Source: a virus (lineage: Duplodnaviria; Caudoviricetes). From it: 34,845 nucleotides of DNA. Position 1 is the stretch's first letter, and each line of letters begins with the position of its first letter. A program made the position numbers and the translations under genes. Below the pieces are notes generated by a model. The model did not search any database. It worked only from the letters and a program-made list of their open reading frames with translations, and was not told the origin of the DNA. Where the stretch lies: IMG/VR virus record IMGVR_UViG_3300037991_000852, positions 1 to 34,845 of that record, one strand, 5' to 3'. Below are positions 1 through 9,219 of the stretch, piece after piece.

Positions 1-2165
1 CCTGCATCATAGTTTTTAAGTGTAAATGGTCTATTAGATGCTGCACCTGTAAAAGTTGCGATAGTTCCAGTTGCACCTGTATTAACGTGTAACTTAGCAC
101 TAGGCGAACTCGTTCCTATACCAACTCCAGTAGTGTTAATACGCATCAATTCATTTGCAGTATTTCTAGCTCTGAAGATATGTCCGTTATTATCGTAGTA
201 GTTGTTTTGATCTGCACCACCTAAATATATTTTTATTTCGCCGTTGTTCGCATAAAGTTTTGTATAATTACCTTCTTGGATTGCAAATCTACTATTATTT
301 AAAGCGATTGCACCAGATACTTGTAACTTCTCACTTGGCGAACTAGTTCCGATCCCGACATTGCCTGAGCTGTCTATTCGTAGACGTTCAGAAGCATTAG
401 TTCTAAAACGCATACTATCGTCAGCATGAGCATATATAATTTGTCCTCTGTCATTATCGCCTGAATCACCAAAATAAATTTTTGTTTCATCTGTTGTACC
501 TGCTGTTTCAATTCTAAATACAGCATTAGAGCCAGAAGCAGATTTTATTCTAGCTTGTCCTGCACCTGTAGATTGAATATCTAAATTGTAACTTGGCGAA
601 CTCGTTCCTATGCCGACTCGTTGTGAACTATCAATAACAAAAGCATCAGCTGAGCCTTTTTTAACATGAACTAAATTACCAGAACCATCTCCTCTAACAA
701 ATAAAACTGTACCTGAAGAAGAGGCATTGTCACTATAAGCAGCTAGGATAGATTGAGTAGTTACTCCTGTATGTACAGCATTACTATAAATATAAGCAGC
801 ACCTGTAGTAGTTCCTGCTGAATCAAGGTGTAATTTTCTTGTTGGATTTGTAACTCCGATACCAACATTACCTGAACTGGTTATTCGCATACGTTCTGCA
901 GCACCACCAGTAGAAGCACCAAAAGTAATTTCACTTGCTTTGATGTCGAAAGGTTTGTAGGCAGAACCCCAGTCAATAGCATTTATTCTACTTCTATTAC
1001 TTGCTACATCTATTGAAGTAACATGACCTTGTGAACTATTAGCATTAGTAGCACCTGAAGCTGCAATAGCACCTGCAACTTCAACTTTATCGTATGGAGA
1101 ACTAGTTCCTATCCCAACGTTGCCTGAAGAGTCTATACGCATACGTTCAGAACCAGAGCTTGAAGTTCCAAATGTTAAATTATCACCTATACCATTTAGA
1201 TGTACTTCACCTGAGTTATCTTTTAAAACAATACGTGCAGTTCCATCTGTGCTTTCAAATTTAGCTACTGTATTAGTGCTGCCTGAATTGACGTGCAAGT
1301 TAGAACTTGGTGCAGTCGTGCCGATACCAACGTTGCCTGTAAAGTCTTGGACAAAAGAACTTGGGTAAGAAGATGAGCCTATATTTAATTTACCATTGGA
1401 GTCTTTCCATATTCTATGAGAAACAGAATCACTGCTAGTAAGAGCAATACCATCAGCATTTGTATCGCCTTTTTGTTTTACTATTAAAGTTCCGCCTGAT
1501 GTAGCAACACCCGTACCACCATCAACAGTTAAAAGTCCTGTTGGTGAAGTAGTTCCTATTCCAAGCCGACCATCTGAAGTTAAACGAGCTTTCTCAGCAC
1601 CATCTATATGAAACTGTATGTTACTGTCTGCACCTGCATTATTAACATCTGCACTTAAAAATAAATTATCTGAGTTTGCATATATTTCAGCAGTTCTATC
1701 AACATCTGAATCAGTTAAACTAATTTTTGGTAAAGAGCCTGAAATACCTATACCACCAGTAACATTTATACCTGTTGAGGTGGTTTCAAATTTTTTACTG
1801 TTGTCGTGGTAAAGTTCTACAGCACCATTAGCTGTGCCATGTAAAAAACTTTCACCACTGGCTGCTTGTAGTCTTAATTGTGTAGCTCTTATTAATAAGC
1901 TACCAGAACCTTTTTCATCTATAAAAGAATTTGCACCATCAGAATATATTTCTAAATCTTGACCAGCACCTAGTCTAATCTTTTCGTTGTCGCCTAGATC
2001 CAATCTATCGACAGAGACATTACCAAGTGAAACAGATGTACCACCATTACCAAAGATAGCATCAATGGTATCTAAGTTGGTATTGAGTTTATCACCCCAG
2101 GTATCTTCGGATGCACCTGGTTCTGGTTTAGTTAGGTTTAAGTTTGTTGTAAATGTATCTGCCAT
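1..2165 (-). CDS. Long modular tail fibre, 5' part; runs off the window start (not in the ORF track)
   Basis: Hand translation from ATG at 2165 is open to position 1: [39 protein letters not shown]...; seven (ERMRI..)GxxGIG(T/V)xxP linkers separate unrelated 71-86 aa modules. Confidence 0.9.
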   Translation of the reverse strand, partial: MADTFTTNLNLTKPEPGASEDTWGDKLNTNLDTIDAIFGNGGTSVSLGNVSVDRLDLGDNEKIRLGAGQDLEIYSDGANSFIDEKGSGSLLIRATQLRLQAASGESFLHGTANGAVELYHDNSKKFETTSTGINVTGGIGISGSLPKISLTDSDVDRTAEIYANSDNLFLSADVNNAGADSNIQFHIDGAEKARLTSDGRLGIGTTSPTGLLTVDGGTGVATSGGTLIVKQKGDTNADGIALTSSDSVSHRIWKDSNGKLNIGSSSYPSSFVQDFTGNVGIGTTAPSSNLHVNSGSTNTVAKFESTDGTARIVLKDNSGEVHLNGIGDNLTFGTSSSGSERMRIDSSGNVGIGTSSPYDKVEVAGAIAASGATNANSSQGHVTSIDVASNRSRINAIDWGSAYKPFDIKASEITFGASTGGAAERMRITSSGNVGIGVTNPTRKLHLDSAGTTTGAAYIYSNAVHTGVTTQSILAAYSDNASSSGTVLFVRGDGSGNLVHVKKGSADAFVIDSSQRVGIGTSSPSYNLDIQSTGAGQARIKSASGSNAVFRIETAGTTDETKIYFGDSGDNDRGQIIYAHADDSMRFRTNASERLRIDSSGNVGIGTSSPSEKLQVSGAIALNNSRFAIQEGNYTKLYANNGEIKIYLGGADQNNYYDNNGHIFRARNTANELMRINTTGVGIGTSSPSAKLHVNTGATGTIATFTGAASNRPFTLKNYDA
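102..1570. repeat. Seven dispersed copies of the fibre linker repeat (GIGTSSP-encoding); an eighth is at about 34673-34700
   Basis: Pro codons of the linker at 102, 336, 594, 843, 1095, 1308 and 1542 (spacings 234, 258, 249, 252, 213, 234); exact 17-mer GGCGAACTCGTTCCTAT at 103-119, 595-611 and 34674-34690. Confidence 0.9.
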
Positions 2166-2708
2166 CTATGCTGCCTTTTGTTTATCTAATTCTGTCCAAG
2201 TAGTTGATGGGTTTGTTTGATCGGTCCAAGTTGCTGCGGCAACATTTTGATCTGTCCAAGTGTCCGATGGAACTACAATATCTTCCCATTTTAGCCCACC
2301 TATCGCTATAAGTGAACTTGTTTCAGCAATGGTTGAAGCTGCTGAGAATATTATACCACCACTTGCAGCAAAGCCTGAACTTTGTGCTACAACCGCTTCA
2401 CCCTTGGCTGTAATGAAACCAACACTTATAAAATCTGAGTTTGCGGCTATGGTTGCTTGAGCACGATCTATTTGTGTGCCTTGAGCATTAAAACCTGAAA
2501 CAGCTTGTATGGTTGCTGTCGCTTTATCAATCTGTGTACCTTCTGCACTAAAACCAGAAGTAGCAGCGATGACTGCTGTTTCAACGTGAACTTGTGTGAG
2601 TGTGCCAGCTCCAGAAGTTGTGGCTGCAATAGTTGAGGTTGCCTGAATAGACAGGTCATTCCATTTAGACCTGCCATAAAAGCCTCTACTGTAGCCGATG
2701 CTGGCCAT
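2166..2708 (-). CDS. Virion structural protein (Ala/Thr/Ser-rich)
   Basis: N-terminal GYSRGFYG, repeated ATIxAxSGF units and a C-terminal WTDQ repeat; lies between head-tail genes and the fibre. Confidence 0.65.
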   Translation of the reverse strand: MASIGYSRGFYGRSKWNDLSIQATSTIAATTSGAGTLTQVHVETAVIAATSGFSAEGTQIDKATATIQAVSGFNAQGTQIDRAQATIAANSDFISVGFITAKGEAVVAQSSGFAASGGIIFSAASTIAETSSLIAIGGLKWEDIVVPSDTWTDQNVAAATWTDQTNPSTTWTELDKQKAA

Positions 2709-2711
2709 GTG

Positions 2712-3104
2712 TTATGCCAAGGTTATATCTAAATCACCAGCATTGAATCTGAAAACATCTCCTGTGCTAACAACTTTAGATGAAGTTAAATTTGCATAAG
2801 CCATTAAGTTGCCACTGGAAGAAGCATCAAAAATACCAACAGCTACAACTGTGCCATAGTTGGCTGTTGCAGTTGGATATTCTATTGCTGCTGTATTGCT
2901 TGCTTGTGTTGGGTCTGTGCCTGACACAGTAAAAGCAGCAGTTTGTCTGGCGTAACCACCACCTGATACCTCAGTACCACCACCTGTATCGGTAGGAGCA
3001 ACTGTGTAAAGTGCTACATATAATGTTGATGGTGCAGTATAAGCACTGCCACCAAAAACGTGTTTTAAAACTTTATCTTCTAAATAATCTGAAAATCCTG
3101 CCAT
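2712..3104 (-). CDS. Tail-associated virion structural protein
   Basis: FSDYLE...LYVALYT...GTEVSGGGYARQ...GD.FRF.AGDLDITL pattern of a widespread ~130 aa phage structural family. Confidence 0.75.
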   Translation of the reverse strand: MAGFSDYLEDKVLKHVFGGSAYTAPSTLYVALYTVAPTDTGGGTEVSGGGYARQTAAFTVSGTDPTQASNTAAIEYPTATANYGTVVAVGIFDASSSGNLMAYANLTSSKVVSTGDVFRFNAGDLDITLA

Positions 3105-3114
3105 AATTTATTCC

Positions 3115-3759
3115 TTACTTCATGTGGTAAACATTTCTTTTTGATTTGCCGTAGGTCTTTCTTCTTTGCATTAAAGATCCTTTGCCAAATTCAGCTTTCT
3201 CTTGTTCCATTTTGATTTCCTCTAGGGCCTTTTCAAATAGAGCAGAAAACATTGCTACTCTGTCATCTTCCATTAAATAGATAGATGCGTGCTTTAAAGC
3301 TCCATATAAGTAAACGTCTTGATGGTTAGCCAAAACAAAATTACTTGTGTTGGTATCGCTTAAAGCATCAACTTTTGCGTAGTAGGTTAATTGTAACGTA
3401 TAACTGCTGTCAGGTGTAGGGGCAAGTTCGATTGTTGAATCAACAAACGCATAATATACTGGTTGCCCTGTCGAATTGTTAATTGACTTTCTATAAACAT
3501 CTAAACTTTCAACTGATTGTTGAAACAAAGGGCTAAAGTTATTTGATGCTATTTCAACATTAATACCTTCTAACCAATCGGTTGGTAATGATAAGTATTG
3601 AGCATCTGCTGTGGCAGTAGCTCTTTTAATCATTTCTTTTGTTCTTATTCTTCTATTTAGTTCACCCTCGACACTATCAATAAACATATCCATCTGACCT
3701 GTTAGGTCTGACCTATTTAAGTAGTTTGCTATGTTTGTTTTTAGTTCAGAGTAGTTCAT
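3115..3759 (-). CDS. Head-tail adaptor / tail tubular protein A-like
   Basis: NYSELK..IA.YLNR.DL, LP.DWLE, G.P.YY, L.PTPD, DVYLYGAL motifs; downstream of capsid gene. Confidence 0.75.
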   Translation of the reverse strand: MNYSELKTNIANYLNRSDLTGQMDMFIDSVEGELNRRIRTKEMIKRATATADAQYLSLPTDWLEGINVEIASNNFSPLFQQSVESLDVYRKSINNSTGQPVYYAFVDSTIELAPTPDSSYTLQLTYYAKVDALSDTNTSNFVLANHQDVYLYGALKHASIYLMEDDRVAMFSALFEKALEEIKMEQEKAEFGKGSLMQRRKTYGKSKRNVYHMK

Positions 3760-4070
3760 ACCTTACCTTTCCATGTTCTAAATAGTTTGTTGTCTGGGTC
3801 GTTTAGCCATTTTTTCCATGCTGCTCGGTCATTCACCCAACCTTCTCGTACAGCTTTATTATAAATTATTATTGGCACTTCTGCGACATGACGTAAATCT
3901 TTACCAGGTTTGTTATCACTGAGCATTTTAACGTGCTCTAAGACTGGTTGAATGTTTTGTTGAGTGTGAACGTGATAAGCCGTATCACTATTGTTGTCTA
4001 GTTCTTGAGTGACAACAGCAGATTTAAAATCTTTTTTACTATCTACGATTGTAGTTTTTTTAGTGGACAT
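3756..4070 (-). CDS. Conserved hypothetical protein downstream of capsid gene
   Basis: HVAEVP...KKWLNDPDN..FRT pattern; stop overlaps next start (ATGA). Confidence 0.7.
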   Translation of the reverse strand: MSTKKTTIVDSKKDFKSAVVTQELDNNSDTAYHVHTQQNIQPVLEHVKMLSDNKPGKDLRHVAEVPIIIYNKAVREGWVNDRAAWKKWLNDPDNKLFRTWKGKV

Positions 4071-4099
4071 AAAGAAAGCGGGAGAGCCGAAGCTCTCCC
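4071..4099 (-). terminator. Rho-independent terminator after the major capsid gene
   Basis: Minus strand GGGAGAGC-TTCG-GCTCTCCC then GCTTTCTTT; 8-bp stem with a cUUCGg tetraloop, 8 nt after the capsid stop. Confidence 0.8.
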
Positions 4100-4107
4100 T
4101 AACTAGG

Positions 4108-5043
4108 TTATGATGCGTTTAAGTCTGCAACTATACCATGAGCAGCTTCGTTACTCATTTCTAGTCCATACTCAGCGACAATCATTTTAGTGTCAGCATC
4201 ACCAATTTTAGCAATGTCCTGAACATTAAAATCTCTTAGGTAAGAAACTTTTGCATATTCTGGATCAACTAATAGTAATGATCTTTCTCTACTTAGATTT
4301 GATGGTACGATTTTTAGATCGCCAAAATCAGAAGAGTAGATAGAAACAGATGCTTCTACTGTGTTTGCATCAACAAATTGTCTTGCTTGTGATCTACCTG
4401 TAAAACCAGAAATAACTTGTTTGTTAACTGGGCCACAGATTGCCATTGATGGTTCACCACCATTGGAGAAACAAGATTGTAGAACACCTTTAAGTAGAGT
4501 TTCTGATAAAGCTCTTTGTGTTCCGTCTGTTGGAGCAGCACCGCCACCTGAACCAGATCCGCCTGAACCTCTGGAAACATTAGATGTAATCCAAGATTCA
4601 AAACCACCAGTAACTCTTGCTGTTGAAGCATTACCAGTTGTTTTAGCACCTTTCTGACAAAGAGCTACTTCCATGTCTCTCTTTAATGCTTTTGACATTA
4701 TAGAAAGTTGGTGAGCCATTTCAGACCTTTTGCCTGCTGGGTCAGAAGATTCTTGTGAACCTGATACTGTTGCATCTCTTGATGAGATTTGACATACGTT
4801 TGAGACTCTTGTTGTTGCTGTTGCTGCACTTCTTGAAAGCTCAAAACCTTCTAATTGACCTGCACCACTTGCTGTTGGAAGTGATTCTGTTTGCCAATCG
4901 AATACTACATTTTTTACGTTATTTTTGCCGATTGATGACATAAACGGTGTTTGCTGTGGAGAGATGTTATATATCACATTGGATAATGCTTCTCTGTCAG
5001 CTTGTGCTGAATATGTATCAAAAGCGTTTGTTACTTTTGCCAT
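4108..5043 (-). CDS. Major capsid protein (DUF5309/SU10-like)
   Basis: REALSNVIYNISP..TPFMS, FDWQTE.L, N.CQIS, LKRDME, Y.SDFG.L..VP, LAK/IAK.GDA motifs; follows acidic scaffold; followed by terminator. Confidence 0.9.
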   Translation of the reverse strand: MAKVTNAFDTYSAQADREALSNVIYNISPQQTPFMSSIGKNNVKNVVFDWQTESLPTASGAGQLEGFELSRSAATATTRVSNVCQISSRDATVSGSQESSDPAGKRSEMAHQLSIMSKALKRDMEVALCQKGAKTTGNASTARVTGGFESWITSNVSRGSGGSGSGGGAAPTDGTQRALSETLLKGVLQSCFSNGGEPSMAICGPVNKQVISGFTGRSQARQFVDANTVEASVSIYSSDFGDLKIVPSNLSRERSLLLVDPEYAKVSYLRDFNVQDIAKIGDADTKMIVAEYGLEMSNEAAHGIVADLNAS

Positions 5044-5067
5044 TTTATGTACTCCTAAAAGTTAAAG

Positions 5068-6066
5068 TTAATCTATTAAATTTTCAAAGACTTTTGCTGC
5101 ATCACGCAATTTGCCTGACTTAGCTAATCTTTGTTTTGCTTTTTTCAAAGGAGTTGCTGTCTTAGGTTTGTTAGCACTACCTGGCTTACCTACTCTTGCT
5201 GGAGCTTTCTCAACGGGCTTCTTTTTAATAGCCTTGCCTGTTTGGTGATGTAGCCATGCTCCTCTTAAACCAAGTAAAGCTCTGTAGTCATAGACTTGAT
5301 TGATTTCATCTTGCGAATAACCAAGTACATCCATGGCGTACTTTGCGATACTTTGTTTCTCTTTAAGAGCAACGTCTGCATCTTTCCATTCAGGTACAGC
5401 TTCAAGAAGTTTCTGATTACCAAGTTCAACGGCTTTCTGTATTTCTGCCTGCTGACTTGTCAGTTGTTCTTGCTGAAGTCTTTGTTGTTCAGCTTGCACA
5501 GCTTTGAACTTTTCTTTCTTCTCATTAAATAAATCTTTTTCCCTTACATAAGCAATGGGATCTGATTCATAGAGAGACTTCCAGTCTGGTTCATTAGCAA
5601 GTTCACCTTCTAATGTCTGTTCCATCCTAGGTAGCAATTCTTTGTAAATCGCATCCTTTTTCGCTAACTCTGCTTGTTGTGCTTCAAAGTCTTTTCTTTG
5701 TTGCGACAATTCTTGAGTCTTACGAGTGTAGTCTTGTTGACGTGAATAACCTTGTTGGAGTTCTTGTAACGTGACCTTTTGTTCTTGTCCGTCTATTTTA
5801 ACGGAGTAAACTTGTGGTTGTTCTTCTTCCTCAAACGATTCTTGTTCGTCTAATTCTACTTCTTCTTCTGTTTCTTCAATATCTTCGTCAATGTCATAAT
5901 CATCTTCGACAACATCTTCTACAGCTTCTTCTTCGACTTCTTCAACTTGCTCTTCTTGTTGCTCCTCTACTTCTTCAGTGGGAGTCATAAGATTTTCAAA
6001 CTGATCTGCCGTTTTCTGTAATTCGGTTTTAAATCCAGTCGATTCTACGTTGCTGGGTTCACTCAT
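5068..6066 (-). CDS. Capsid scaffolding protein
   Basis: Very acidic N-terminus, VKIDGQE..VTL.EL..GYSRQ.DYTRKTQ motif, basic C-terminus; directly upstream of capsid gene. Confidence 0.85.
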   Translation of the reverse strand: MSEPSNVESTGFKTELQKTADQFENLMTPTEEVEEQQEEQVEEVEEEAVEDVVEDDYDIDEDIEETEEEVELDEQESFEEEEQPQVYSVKIDGQEQKVTLQELQQGYSRQQDYTRKTQELSQQRKDFEAQQAELAKKDAIYKELLPRMEQTLEGELANEPDWKSLYESDPIAYVREKDLFNEKKEKFKAVQAEQQRLQQEQLTSQQAEIQKAVELGNQKLLEAVPEWKDADVALKEKQSIAKYAMDVLGYSQDEINQVYDYRALLGLRGAWLHHQTGKAIKKKPVEKAPARVGKPGSANKPKTATPLKKAKQRLAKSGKLRDAAKVFENLID

Positions 6067-6132
6067 AGTTTAATCCTATAAAGTTAATTGTTATATGTAT
6101 TTTAAAGAATTTAAGATGAAATAAAAATAAAA

Positions 6133-6387
6133 TTACTTTATTTTTTCTAACTGACTTTTTGTAATCTTACCCTTTTCTACTAATATGCGAAGATGTTTCT
6201 CAACAGTAGTTAAGTTTTTAATTGCTAAATATAATTTTTCTCTCAAGTTTGAATCTAGTTCTTTAGACTCTTGCCACATATTTAGGTATTCAGATTTTAG
6301 ATTTTCAAAAGCCAGTTTGAACACTTCACTATTTAAAATAGTTTCTGCTTCGTGACCTTGTTGTAGTTGTGTTTGTTTATCTGACAT
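6133..6387 (-). CDS. Conserved hypothetical protein upstream of scaffold
   Basis: G..A..IL....F..AF..L...Y...W........RE.LY pattern; TAATG coupling. Confidence 0.65.
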   Translation of the reverse strand: MSDKQTQLQQGHEAETILNSEVFKLAFENLKSEYLNMWQESKELDSNLREKLYLAIKNLTTVEKHLRILVEKGKITKSQLEKIK

Positions 6388-6785
6388 TAACGAAGTTGAT
6401 TAAATCTTTCATAATCGAAATCAATCATGCCACCACCGCCCATTCCTCCGCCAAGAAAATCTATTGGGGATGGCATACCAGGATTAGGTACTGGCATTGG
6501 CATTGGTGGTTGAACTGGAGGTTCTTCTTTGGGTGGTAAGACTGGCCCAAACATTGAATAGCCTAGTGGTTGTTCTGATGAATAGCTAATACCAGGTGCA
6601 ATCATGTTAGCAATGTTTTGTCCACCAGCTATAGATTTAGCAAAGTTGTGACCAGAAGTATAGTTAGGATCTGAACTTGGCATAACGTAACTTGATGGTT
6701 GACTAAACAAACCTTGTAGTTGGCTCATGTCTTTCATTGAATTTATTAGTGGGTTGTATGCGAATTGGTTTAAGAAATTATTCAT
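6387..6785 (-). CDS. Hypothetical Pro/Met/Gly-rich protein
   Basis: ORF fills the gap and is tightly packed with both neighbours; low-complexity PPMPMPVPNPGMP and GGGMGGGGM. Confidence 0.55.
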   Translation of the reverse strand: MNNFLNQFAYNPLINSMKDMSQLQGLFSQPSSYVMPSSDPNYTSGHNFAKSIAGGQNIANMIAPGISYSSEQPLGYSMFGPVLPPKEEPPVQPPMPMPVPNPGMPSPIDFLGGGMGGGGMIDFDYERFNQLR

Positions 6786-6786
6786 A

Positions 6787-7029
6787 TTAATTTTGTATCA
6801 GTTTATCTATTTTACCATCTAACTTATCCAGATAGTCAAATATTCTTTTTAAATCTTCTTCAAGATCATCTTTGGTTACATAGTGTTTAGCCATTTCTTC
6901 TCTGGTTTTGTTTAGCAATATATCAACTCTTTTTAATTCGTTAGCGTTTTGTCTTATGCTGTAAATCAATGGTGCGTACACCAAAGTTAAAATAATGTTC
7001 CAAAAAATAACAGGGCTCAAATCATCCAT
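6787..7029 (-). CDS. Small membrane protein (N-terminal TM plus coiled coil), lysis-cassette associated
   Basis: Start moved to ATG at 7029 (GGAG upstream, TGATG overlap with endolysin stop); hydrophobic VIFWNIILTLVYAPLIY. Confidence 0.6.
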   Translation of the reverse strand: MDDLSPVIFWNIILTLVYAPLIYSIRQNANELKRVDILLNKTREEMAKHYVTKDDLEEDLKRIFDYLDKLDGKIDKLIQN

Positions 7030-7406
7030 CAATAACTCCAAATATGAGGTCTTGGTCTGTCATAACTATTATTAGCTATGTCCAGGTGTATAAAGCGTGT
7101 AGCATAACCTCCTTTCTGACTAACGCCTATGCCACTAAAACCACATTCAAGAGCGTAACCGACAACTTCGTAGGCTTCTGCTCCACCTACCTTTATATCG
7201 ACTGCTAATCCTTCAGCATGAATACCTGGTTTTTCTTTGGCAGCTTCTATTGGGTGCTCCTTAGAACGATAACCAGAATTGATTATTATTGGGAATCCAA
7301 CTTTATTTCTCAATAATTGTAACTTATCTATTAATTCATGTGAAATGTTATTTTCGCCTGTATGTTTACACGCAAACTCTTCTTCTTTAAAGTTTAACCA
7401 AGACAT
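7029..7406 (-). CDS. Endolysin, peptidase M15A family
   Basis: F...EFAC, NSGYRS, H..G.AVDI and FIHLD zinc-peptidase motifs. Confidence 0.85.
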   Translation of the reverse strand: MSWLNFKEEEFACKHTGENNISHELIDKLQLLRNKVGFPIIINSGYRSKEHPIEAAKEKPGIHAEGLAVDIKVGGAEAYEVVGYALECGFSGIGVSQKGGYATRFIHLDIANNSYDRPRPHIWSY

Positions 7407-7702
7407 TTGAGATTCAGCTCCTCATTTTCTATTTCTTTTTTGTAAAATTCTATTTCAGTATTTAAGATTAAAACTTCTTTTTCTAATTGTATCACTTGTT
7501 GTTCAAGGGTTCTGATGTCTGGAAACAAATAGTTATTTTGATTTCCTCTGAGTCTTTTTGTTTCTTGCAGGTTTGTGTCTATTCTTTCATTGATGCTGGC
7601 ATAACCCCAAACAACAACAGAGCTAATAACTATGATTTGAGCTAAGTAAGAAAGCGATATATTTAAAGAGGACTTATCATCGAACTTTCCAATCTTGGTC
7701 AT
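7394..7702 (-). CDS. Membrane-anchored coiled-coil protein in the lysis cassette
   Basis: One hydrophobic segment (YLAQIIVISSVVVWGY) then heptad-like helix; between holin and endolysin. Confidence 0.5.
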   Translation of the reverse strand: MTKIGKFDDKSSLNISLSYLAQIIVISSVVVWGYASINERIDTNLQETKRLRGNQNNYLFPDIRTLEQQVIQLEKEVLILNTEIEFYKKEIENEELNLKCLG

Positions 7703-8085
7703 TTGGTAAGGCCCTTAACTTTTTCATAAGAACGCATACCTCCTAATCCGAGCATACCAAGTAAGACAGTCATTAAAGAACTCATATCAAACTCTGGTAA
7801 ATTGTATGATAGGCCTGCAATAGATATTGCAAAAACGGCAATCGGCTGAAGAATGAAGTGATATGCCATAGCGAACGAAAGACACCATCCAAGAAAAGGT
7901 CGCCACCCTGCAACGAATATACTACGATGGCCAGCTTCAACTTTATTAAGCTCAATTTGGGCCATATTAGCTCTATGTAATTCTGTTTTAAGTTCATGTT
8001 CTAGTTTTTGTTTTAAATCTTTATCAGCAACAAACTTATCCAAGATTGTTGAGACTGGATCTATTAATTTGTCGATGACGTTCAT
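7699..8085 (-). CDS. Holin (3TM / GTA-holin family)
   Basis: DKF..DKD, FVAGWRPFLGW and LLGMLGLGGMRSYEK signature. Confidence 0.85.
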   Translation of the reverse strand: MNVIDKLIDPVSTILDKFVADKDLKQKLEHELKTELHRANMAQIELNKVEAGHRSIFVAGWRPFLGWCLSFAMAYHFILQPIAVFAISIAGLSYNLPEFDMSSLMTVLLGMLGLGGMRSYEKVKGLTK

Positions 8086-8090
8086 CTGAA

Positions 8091-8243
8091 TTATTTTTTA
8101 TTTTTTAATGCTATAAGTTTTACATAGTCGTAAATCTTTTTTAGCTTCTTATCTTTAGGCACAGGTAGTGCATAGATAATAACTGATGCAAGACCAATTA
8201 TTATAAAGATAAGACAAATTGCGTTAAATAGTAAATCAATCAT
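8091..8243 (-). CDS. 50-aa membrane peptide, holin-like (below ORF-track cutoff)
   Basis: AAGGAG SD; MIDLLFNAICLIFIIIGLASVIIYALPVPKDKKLKKIYDYVKLIALKNKK. Confidence 0.6.
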   Translation of the reverse strand: MIDLLFNAICLIFIIIGLASVIIYALPVPKDKKLKKIYDYVKLIALKNKK

Positions 8244-8252
8244 TATTGCTCC

Positions 8253-8396
8253 TTATTTTTTATGTTGTTTAATCACTTTAAAATCCATGCTTAAACTTGC
8301 TCCTTTGTGGGGAACATATTTTTTACCATGCTTCATTAAGGAAATATTCTTTCCTTGTTTCATAAAGTGATAACCTTTTGGTGCTTTTATTTTCAT
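8253..8396 (-). CDS. 47-aa basic peptide
   Basis: MKIKAPKGYHFMKQGKNISLMKHGKKYVPHKGASLSMDFKVIKQHKK; ATGA overlap with upstream ORF. Confidence 0.65.
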   Translation of the reverse strand: MKIKAPKGYHFMKQGKNISLMKHGKKYVPHKGASLSMDFKVIKQHKK

Positions 8397-8506
8397 TTCT
8401 TTTTCTTCTTTTTTAGTTTTTTAAAATCTGCACCTGTAATTTTCTTACGAGGTTTAGCTACCGCAGCTAATTTTTTTTGTTTAGGTGAATATTTGCTATA
8501 TGGCAT
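8393..8506 (-). CDS. 37-aa Lys-rich peptide
   Basis: MPYSKYSPKQKKLAAVAKPRKKITGADFKKLKKKKKK; packed between neighbours. Confidence 0.65.
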   Translation of the reverse strand: MPYSKYSPKQKKLAAVAKPRKKITGADFKKLKKKKKK

Positions 8507-8507
8507 T

Positions 8508-8552
8508 TTATTTTCCTTTCTTTTTCTTTTTCTTTTTTCCGTAACCGTACAT
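8508..8552 (-). CDS. 14-aa poly-Lys peptide
   Basis: MYGYGKKKKKKKGK; TAATG overlap with upstream stop and GAGGAG SD upstream. Confidence 0.5.
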   Translation of the reverse strand: MYGYGKKKKKKKGK

Positions 8553-8809
8553 TACTTACTCCTTCTCTTTATTATAGTCTTAACATTAGTGGGTTTGCCA
8601 CCAACGCCTTGAGGTTTTGCCCTCTTTCTTTTAACAGCACTTCTTTTTTGTGCTGCTGTCATACTGGCAGCCTTTGATGCAGGAACACACTTAGGATATT
8701 TTCTTTTAGATCCTTTAGCTTTCTTTCTGCCACAAGACTGATACTTACCTTTCTTTTTTGGTGAACCAATATCGACCCAGTTTTCTTGAAACCATTTGGT
8801 CAAAGACAT
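8552..8809 (-). CDS. Basic hypothetical protein
   Basis: L.KWF.E.WVDI...CGR......RKYPKCVP pattern; TAATG coupling. Confidence 0.7.
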   Translation of the reverse strand: MSLTKWFQENWVDIGSPKKKGKYQSCGRKKAKGSKRKYPKCVPASKAASMTAAQKRSAVKRKRAKPQGVGGKPTNVKTIIKRRSK

Positions 8810-8952
8810 TAGTATTTACCACCACGCTTTTTGTATTCACGCACTAGCCAAGCATTTGCATAGGCACTTGGGTAAACTTTAAATTTTCTTTTTGCTGCTG
8901 CTTTTACTCTAGCGTATAAAGCTGGGTTTTTTGGTTTTGGGCTCTTAGCCAT
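8809..8952 (-). CDS. 47-aa basic peptide
   Basis: AGGAG SD; MAKSPKPKNPALYARVKAAAKRKFKVYPSAYANAWLVREYKKRGGKY. Confidence 0.7.
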   Translation of the reverse strand: MAKSPKPKNPALYARVKAAAKRKFKVYPSAYANAWLVREYKKRGGKY

Positions 8953-8961
8953 AATACACTC

Positions 8962-9219
8962 CTACCATTTTACTTTGTTAGCCCAGTAAGCTGCTGACAT
9001 TTTACCTTTAGCAATATTTTTACCATGACGAGCTTTGAATGATTTAGCTCTTTTCGTCATAGTTTTATCGCCTGTTTTGCCTTGCTGACCAAAGCGAATA
9101 GTTTTAATTTTATTGCCTTCTTTAGCAACAACTACATGGGATTTTGTTTTATGACCTGGTGTGCGTTTAGGTTTATTAAAACCAGACACACCTGCTCTTT
9201 TTAATCTTGAGTCTTTCAT
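8962..9219 (-). CDS. Basic hypothetical protein
   Basis: NKPKRTP.H.TKSHVV.AK, K.IRFGQQG, SFKARH, SAAYWA.KVKW pattern. Confidence 0.75.
   Translation of the reverse strand: MKDSRLKRAGVSGFNKPKRTPGHKTKSHVVVAKEGNKIKTIRFGQQGKTGDKTMTKRAKSFKARHGKNIAKGKMSAAYWANKVKW

Noticed and set aside
1-2165. CRISPR array or diversity-generating retroelement in the fibre repeats
   Set aside because: The repeats are degenerate, in frame and over 200 bp apart; no reverse transcriptase, cas genes or adenine-specific TR/VR pair was seen.
1120-2460. Plus-strand ORFs in the track over the fibre and structural genes
   Set aside because: Antisense shadows of motif-bearing minus-strand genes; the same applies to tracked ORFs inside capsid, portal, terL, integrase and ejection genes.
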